From a virus (Duplodnaviria > Caudoviricetes): a DNA stretch of 41,655 nucleotides. Location: the IMG/VR virus record IMGVR_UViG_3300043451_000318, positions 1 through 41,655 of that record; one strand, written 5' to 3'. A model generated the notes under the pieces. It was given only the letters and a program-made list of their open reading frames with translations, was not told the DNA's origin and ran no database searches. A program made the position numbers and the translations under genes. Below, piece after piece: positions 36,232 through 41,655 of this stretch (position 1 is the first letter of the stretch; each line of letters starts with the position of its first letter).

Positions 36232-36536
36232 TAAATTTAAAGAAGGTGAAGGATATTTCTAAGGCGTTAGCTGAGGATTTCAACCTTAGTGCTAAGTGCA
36301 CGTCGAATCATTTAAAGTGTTAGTGTCTGACGATGCTTGAGGGGCTCAAGAATTGAGCGCTCTTGGGGTGCAGGCTTGCCGTTGCGATGTTTTCACAAAA
36401 TAACTTTTGAAATAGGATGAGGGCTTTCGTCGCCGAGACTTGTGCCGATGCGCTAACTGTAATTTCATGACTTTCAAATCTAAATTTCAGTCCGTTATAT
36501 TTACTCAAATGCTTTCCGAAATCGGAGAAATAATTT

Positions 36537-38684
36537 ATGTCTAGGAATGTGCCTTTTCGGGTTCAATCGCACGTGCTGAAATTGCTGGGTGATGAGCTTA
36601 TCGGACATGATCGCCTCGCTGTATTTGAATTGGTTAAAAATTCTTACGATGCTGATGCAACCATTGTTGATGTGGTGCTCAATCTTGAGTCTGTTCCCCC
36701 CTCGATCATTGTTCGCGATAACGGAACCGGTATGTCGGATGCAACGATTGAGAATGCATGGCTGGAAATCGGTACAGACTCCAAAAGAGACAAGAAAAAT
36801 AGGCCGCGTAGCCCAATGGGCAGAATGCCTCTGGGTGAGAAAGGTGTTGGTCGACTTGCTGTTCAGAAGCTTGGAACAGGTCTCAAATTAATCACTCGAG
36901 TGGACGGAAGGCCAGAGTATCAATTTTCAATTGATTGGGATCAATTAATTAACAGTGCTCGTTATCTTGGAGAAGGGGTGCAGGTTGAAATTGATGAGCT
37001 TACTAGCCCCGATGTCTTTAAGGTTGGGACAGGAACTTTGGTTGAGATTACTGGACTGCATCGCGAGCAGTGGAGCCGTCGTGATATTCGTGATTTGTAC
37101 AGACTCATCACCTCTCTGAGTAACCCTTTTGATGCAGCAAAATCATTCCAAGTTAATTTGCATCTACCCGGGCGAGAGGACGAAATTCAGGGGTTGCCGA
37201 CACTTCAACAAATGCTTGATACGGCGGTCTGGAACTTTGAATTTAACTTGAATGAAGTTGGAGAATTCGCATGGGCATATTCATTTACGCCTCCTAGATT
37301 TAAGGGTTTGAAGGGGCGAAAGGTCGAAGGAGTTGAAAAGATTCAACTATTGGAACCTGATGATGATGAGATTCCTTTTGAAATAAAACGTGGTCTTGAT
37401 AGACGCGAGGATAAGATTTTTCTCACAGCAAATGACCTTGAGGGCATTGGCCCAATTAACGGTCGATTTCACGCATTCCACCGTCGAGACGAAATATTGA
37501 AGGCGTCGGGGGCTCCGCAACAGATTAAAAAGTGGCTGGACAATCAAACTGGTGTCCGCGTTTATCGAGACAATATTCGTGTGTTCAATTATGGAGAGCC
37601 CGGAGAAGATTGGCTTGGGCTTGATGCTCGTCGTATTAATCGACCAGCAGGTAAGTTAGGCACGCAGAGCGTTATTGCGCAAATTGCTTTGAGTTTGTCG
37701 AGTAGTTTTGGTTTGAAAGAGAAGACCAATCGCGAAGGCTTTGATGACAATGAAACATTCCAGCGTTTACGCAGAATTGTTTTGAGTATCTTTGATCGAT
37801 TTCATCGTGAACACGCAAGCGATAGGGCTGAGATCGACAAAGCACTGAAGGGCGAGCAAGAAAATTCACCACCAATACAAGAAGCGTTGCAACGTTTGGA
37901 GTCGCTTGGGAAGCAACACAAAATTGAAAATGAAGTAAGGCCCATACTTCAGTCTATTCAACAGGAGTTGAATACCTTCCGAGAGGTTATGGTGTCCTCA
38001 GGTATGGCTGGAATTAATCTAGCTTTGATATTCCATGAGGTAGTTCACAGTATTGATCGTGTCCAGCGTAAGTTGCACGTTGGAGCCGAATCTACTGAGG
38101 TTAGAGCGGAGATTGATCATCTTCGCAAATTACTAGATACGTTTAAACCGCTACTCCAGAGAGATCCGCCACGAAATGTATCTGTGGAGGATTTAGTGCA
38201 GCGTGCTTCCGGTATGCACGAAGATCGATTTGTGCGCCACGAAATCGTGTTCTCAAATTGGACGATAGATCCTGTGAAGAAGCACTCTTTTACTCAAATG
38301 CTTCCCCGTGGACTTATGGTTGCTGCTCTAAGCAACGTAATTGATAACGCGATCTACTGGACTCGATTCCGCAGAGAGCGTGACGATCGCACCAACCCAG
38401 GAGCCATTTTGGCGTTGTCTCATTGGGACGAGGAGACAGGTGGTTTGATCGCGATCATTGACAATGGCCCCGGTTTACAACTGCCGAAAAATCAGGTCGG
38501 GAAACCGTTTTATTCGACTCGTGCAGGTGGTATGGGTTTGGGGCTTTTTTATTGCAAGACAGTTATGGACTCTATCGGTGGCAAGCTTGAGGTTATGAAT
38601 GTTGCAGATCTAAAAGATATCGTAGAAATACCTGATGCATACGATGGTGCTGCAGTTGTTTTTTCATTTAAGTACAACAAATGA
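36537..38684 (+). CDS. MORC/GHKL ATPase fused to a C-terminal histidine kinase module
   Basis: N-terminal ELVKNSYDADA, DNGTGM and GEKGVGR; LKEKTNREG; C-terminal H-box IFHEV, NVIDNA, DNGPG and GGMGLGL. Confidence 0.88.
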   Translation: MSRNVPFRVQSHVLKLLGDELIGHDRLAVFELVKNSYDADATIVDVVLNLESVPPSIIVRDNGTGMSDATIENAWLEIGTDSKRDKKNRPRSPMGRMPLGEKGVGRLAVQKLGTGLKLITRVDGRPEYQFSIDWDQLINSARYLGEGVQVEIDELTSPDVFKVGTGTLVEITGLHREQWSRRDIRDLYRLITSLSNPFDAAKSFQVNLHLPGREDEIQGLPTLQQMLDTAVWNFEFNLNEVGEFAWAYSFTPPRFKGLKGRKVEGVEKIQLLEPDDDEIPFEIKRGLDRREDKIFLTANDLEGIGPINGRFHAFHRRDEILKASGAPQQIKKWLDNQTGVRVYRDNIRVFNYGEPGEDWLGLDARRINRPAGKLGTQSVIAQIALSLSSSFGLKEKTNREGFDDNETFQRLRRIVLSIFDRFHREHASDRAEIDKALKGEQENSPPIQEALQRLESLGKQHKIENEVRPILQSIQQELNTFREVMVSSGMAGINLALIFHEVVHSIDRVQRKLHVGAESTEVRAEIDHLRKLLDTFKPLLQRDPPRNVSVEDLVQRASGMHEDRFVRHEIVFSNWTIDPVKKHSFTQMLPRGLMVAALSNVIDNAIYWTRFRRERDDRTNPGAILALSHWDEETGGLIAIIDNGPGLQLPKNQVGKPFYSTRAGGMGLGLFYCKTVMDSIGGKLEVMNVADLKDIVEIPDAYDGAAVVFSFKYNK

Positions 38685-40075
38685 TCCCTCTTTACTCTCG
38701 TGTGGTGGCCGTCGATGACGATGAAGATCATCTTCAAAAAATTGTGTGGGGACTCGGCAAAGCAGGTTTTTGCACACTCCCTTTTTTCTTTGACGACGGA
38801 CAACTTGAGGCGCCTCCTATGGAGCCTCTACAAGGTGTGCGGATTGTTTTCACTGATATTCATCTAATCGGTGGTGGCATTGGTAATGAAAAAACGCATG
38901 CGGCAAATATTGTTAGGTGTTTAAAAAAGATCGTCGCCCCCGGCCCTTATGTGCTAATTTTTTGGTCTCAATATCCAGACGAAGGTACAAGAATCGCCGA
39001 ATTGATACTAGAGAGAGCTGCAGATTCGGGGCTGGTCCCTCCAATTGGATTTGGAGCTATCGACAAGAATGAAGTTTTCAAAATCCCATCTGAAAATGGT
39101 GATGATCATTTCAATGCGGGGAAGTTGCGCGAACTTATCTTAGAAAAAGTTCGTGACTATAAGACGTTGGCGGTAGCAGCCTCTTGGGAGGAAAGAGTTT
39201 CGCGAGCCGCAGCTAGCACAAATGACAAAATTTTTGACTTAGTAAAGACATCAGCAAAGCCACTTGATGATTGGGAGTCACTGTTAGCCTTTTTGGCATG
39301 CGAAGCAGTCGGTCAGCGCGTAGCTAAAGAAGAAATTGTTTCTTCACTTGACGCCGCATTGTTGCCATTACTTGAAGATCAGTTGTCTTTAATCGGAAAT
39401 GATTCGACGCCTGCACTGGATGATTTTCAAAGACTGCTTGATATTGTTTCGTTGGATAAACGCCCTCAATGTCCTGACTCTGTTGCCAAGTCACATCTCA
39501 ATGCAAGCTATCTAATCGAAGAGTTTGTCTCAGGCGCTGAAGCAAAAATGTGGTCTCGTGGTACTGTGACTGCTCTTGGGTCTGGGTTTGTTAATTCCGG
39601 TCGATACGTCAATGTCTTTGGGCATGATGATGAGGCTTTGATTCGACGTGAGTTTGCGACACAGGATTTGACCGCTGAAGAAAAACGGTCAGTTAAATTG
39701 CATGTCGTTGAACTTGGACCTGAATGTGATCATGTTCAAAGCAAGGTAAGCACACATCGTTATCTATTAGCTTTGTTAGTGCCAGCTACCTTAATGGAAA
39801 CAGGTGCATTTACTCAAAAAAGCAAGAAAAATTTTTCCAACTCAACTCGCTACAACAATGATAGCGTTATGAATGTTGGCAAAGTAATGTTGAAGAACCA
39901 CGTTTCCGGTGAATGGTTCTTATTAATTTCTTGTCGTTGTTTTATGGCTTTGCCCGCTGAAAATGCTATTGAAGGTAGACCCGTTTTTCGTCTTCGTCGA
40001 TCTCTAATTGAAGAGGTTTCTCATCGCTATGTGACATACGCACGAAGGCCTGGCGTTATCCGTTTTCATGACTAA
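38681..40075 (+). CDS. Receiver-domain protein with large unknown C-terminal region
   Basis: VVAVDDD, IVFTDIHL and LIFWS receiver pattern; ATGA-coupled to the kinase. Confidence 0.78.
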   Translation: MIPLYSRVVAVDDDEDHLQKIVWGLGKAGFCTLPFFFDDGQLEAPPMEPLQGVRIVFTDIHLIGGGIGNEKTHAANIVRCLKKIVAPGPYVLIFWSQYPDEGTRIAELILERAADSGLVPPIGFGAIDKNEVFKIPSENGDDHFNAGKLRELILEKVRDYKTLAVAASWEERVSRAAASTNDKIFDLVKTSAKPLDDWESLLAFLACEAVGQRVAKEEIVSSLDAALLPLLEDQLSLIGNDSTPALDDFQRLLDIVSLDKRPQCPDSVAKSHLNASYLIEEFVSGAEAKMWSRGTVTALGSGFVNSGRYVNVFGHDDEALIRREFATQDLTAEEKRSVKLHVVELGPECDHVQSKVSTHRYLLALLVPATLMETGAFTQKSKKNFSNSTRYNNDSVMNVGKVMLKNHVSGEWFLLISCRCFMALPAENAIEGRPVFRLRRSLIEEVSHRYVTYARRPGVIRFHD

Positions 40076-40124
40076 TTTGATAGAAGACCGTAGGTTTTTT
40101 TTCATGTCGCTCTAGGAGTTTCAA

Positions 40125-40955
40125 ATGAAGTTAGATAGCTTTTCAAATATAGGTTTGAAAATTTCGAATGTTGCGTTGTTGCTCGCGGGAGTTGCTTGCC
40201 TTGTTAAAGGGGTGCATGTTTTATGGACTGCTGAAGTTGGAAGTAGTGCATCAACGGCGTTAGCAGCAGGGTTATTCTTATTGCTTGCGTCTTCGGCTGA
40301 ACGATTTGAAGTCCTGAAAGGATGGGGACTTGAAGCTAGAACAAGAAAGTTGGACAAAGCGATTAACGAAGCTGCCGCAACGTTAAATCAACTAAGAAAA
40401 ATAGCGGAACTTTCAAGTGAATCTATTATTTCTCTCAATTCAAAAACGGGACGTTGGGATAGTGCTCCAACCACTCAAGCTGCATACGAGGTGGCAAAAC
40501 AAGTTCGTGCTAATCTGATCGATCTGGGTTCTGATGAACAAGCGATCAAAAGGATCATGGCTCCTTGGGTTAAGGTGACGACAAACGATCTGGTCAAGGC
40601 AATATTGGTGAAACTTCGGGATAGTATGCAACTTGATAGTGAGCACTACAGGCTTCAACTGCAGTCCTATCCTCCGCCCTTCTCAGTAGATGATGCGAAT
40701 TACCAGTTTTTGGTTGATTCCCTAAATAACTTTGGAAGTTTCGAGGGAGTTAATTTTGGTGACTGCGACGATTGGCCAATGGGTAGTCACTCTTCGAAAT
40801 TGACGCATTTCGTTGAAAAAATGCCATTACTTGATGAGTCCACTAGATCAAAATTTCGATTTTTGATTGAACCGTGGTTGCCTCGCCTAGATTATCTTGC
40901 AAGAGAGTATGACCTTCAAGATAAGGAAGAATGGTTCAAGATAAAAATTGTTTAG
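40125..40955 (+). CDS. Membrane-anchored hypothetical protein
   Basis: AGGAG SD; two N-terminal hydrophobic helices followed by a helical region. Confidence 0.75.
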   Translation: MKLDSFSNIGLKISNVALLLAGVACLVKGVHVLWTAEVGSSASTALAAGLFLLLASSAERFEVLKGWGLEARTRKLDKAINEAAATLNQLRKIAELSSESIISLNSKTGRWDSAPTTQAAYEVAKQVRANLIDLGSDEQAIKRIMAPWVKVTTNDLVKAILVKLRDSMQLDSEHYRLQLQSYPPPFSVDDANYQFLVDSLNNFGSFEGVNFGDCDDWPMGSHSSKLTHFVEKMPLLDESTRSKFRFLIEPWLPRLDYLAREYDLQDKEEWFKIKIV

Positions 40956-40995
40956 TCCTCTCCTAATTTAGGGGGGATTGAGCACGATCTATTCT

Positions 40996-41655
40996 CTAGC
41001 AAATGTTAGATTCCTGGTATTGAAAATTCCAATAAATTGCTGGTGCTTCTGATTCCTGAAATTTTTTAATCTTGTCCGCCAGCTTTTTCTTGTGTGCGGT
41101 GCCAACCAACAGTACGCCGCGATTTGGTGTGTTTTCAATGCTATTTCTTATGATTTTTTCTATCATTGCCGTTTCGCGATGATCGTTAACTTTTTCCCAT
41201 TGAGCATAGATTTCTCGAAGCCTAGCGTCGCCGATCCACTCAAGGGTTTCAAAGGTTTCTTTGTATATTTTTGCCCAAACCTGCCCGCAGCGTTCACTGT
41301 TGAGGTAGGTAAAGCCATGGTTTTTTGTGTCAAGGTGATGCTGATCTAAAAGTCTGCGATAAATGGAACTTGTTCTTTCGACTTTATTGAACATTTCCAT
41401 TGATTCTTGAAAAAAATCCTTGCCGGGCTTATCCAAATCTACAGGCACTACGGTGACTGAATGGCTAACACGATAATGTGCGACTGCAGCGGATTCAAGA
41501 TTTCCATGAGAGCCGTCAAGATAGTCAGAGAGCATCGTGGTTGAAATTTCCGCATAAATGACCTCAGGTTGCAGGCGGTCAAGAATGGCCTTTAATGTGC
41601 TGACATTAGCTAGTCCGTTCTCGACGTGGACTGTTCCTATCAATGATATGAGCAT
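40996..41655 (-). CDS. Hypothetical protein, possible TraB/GumN/ChaN-like metallohydrolase fold
   Basis: IGTVH, VIYAE, RETAM and VLLVGTAH motif spacing; start lies at the window edge. Confidence 0.55.
   Translation of the reverse strand: MLISLIGTVHVENGLANVSTLKAILDRLQPEVIYAEISTTMLSDYLDGSHGNLESAAVAHYRVSHSVTVVPVDLDKPGKDFFQESMEMFNKVERTSSIYRRLLDQHHLDTKNHGFTYLNSERCGQVWAKIYKETFETLEWIGDARLREIYAQWEKVNDHRETAMIEKIIRNSIENTPNRGVLLVGTAHKKKLADKIKKFQESEAPAIYWNFQYQESNIC

Noticed and set aside
1-41655. tRNA, rRNA, IS element, integrase or att site
   Set aside because: None recognised by eye; intergenic gaps are short and show no cloverleaf or transposase. Covariance-model searches were not possible.

Overview
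About 1-33.2 kb is a lambda-like long-tailed (siphovirus-type) prophage, probably from a betaproteobacterium (inference from protein style). It runs from a P4-type primase/helicase through a lambda-like cos candidate, a cargo block (GIY-YIG nuclease, ParB-fused DNA methylase, HU, small leftward genes), terminase, head and tail genes, to a holin/GH73 endolysin/spanin cassette. No integrase or repressor lies in the window. The standout feature is a five-gene cassette inserted among the tail-tip genes: an Ala/Ser/Thr-rich fibre, a small fibre-like protein ending in an Asn-Cys-rich tail (..YNCNCDCNCC), an unknown protein, a 2OG-Fe(II) oxygenase-like protein and a radical SAM/SPASM enzyme. This looks like a RiPP-style maturation system acting on a virion fibre (hypothesis). 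From 33.3 kb a more AT-rich defence-type island follows: MvaI/BcnI-like endonuclease, Dcm/M.EcoRII-like C5 methylase with a palindromic operator, a MORC/GHKL ATPase-histidine kinase fusion, a receiver-domain protein and two hypothetical genes. All family names come from motif recognition and memory, not from database searches.
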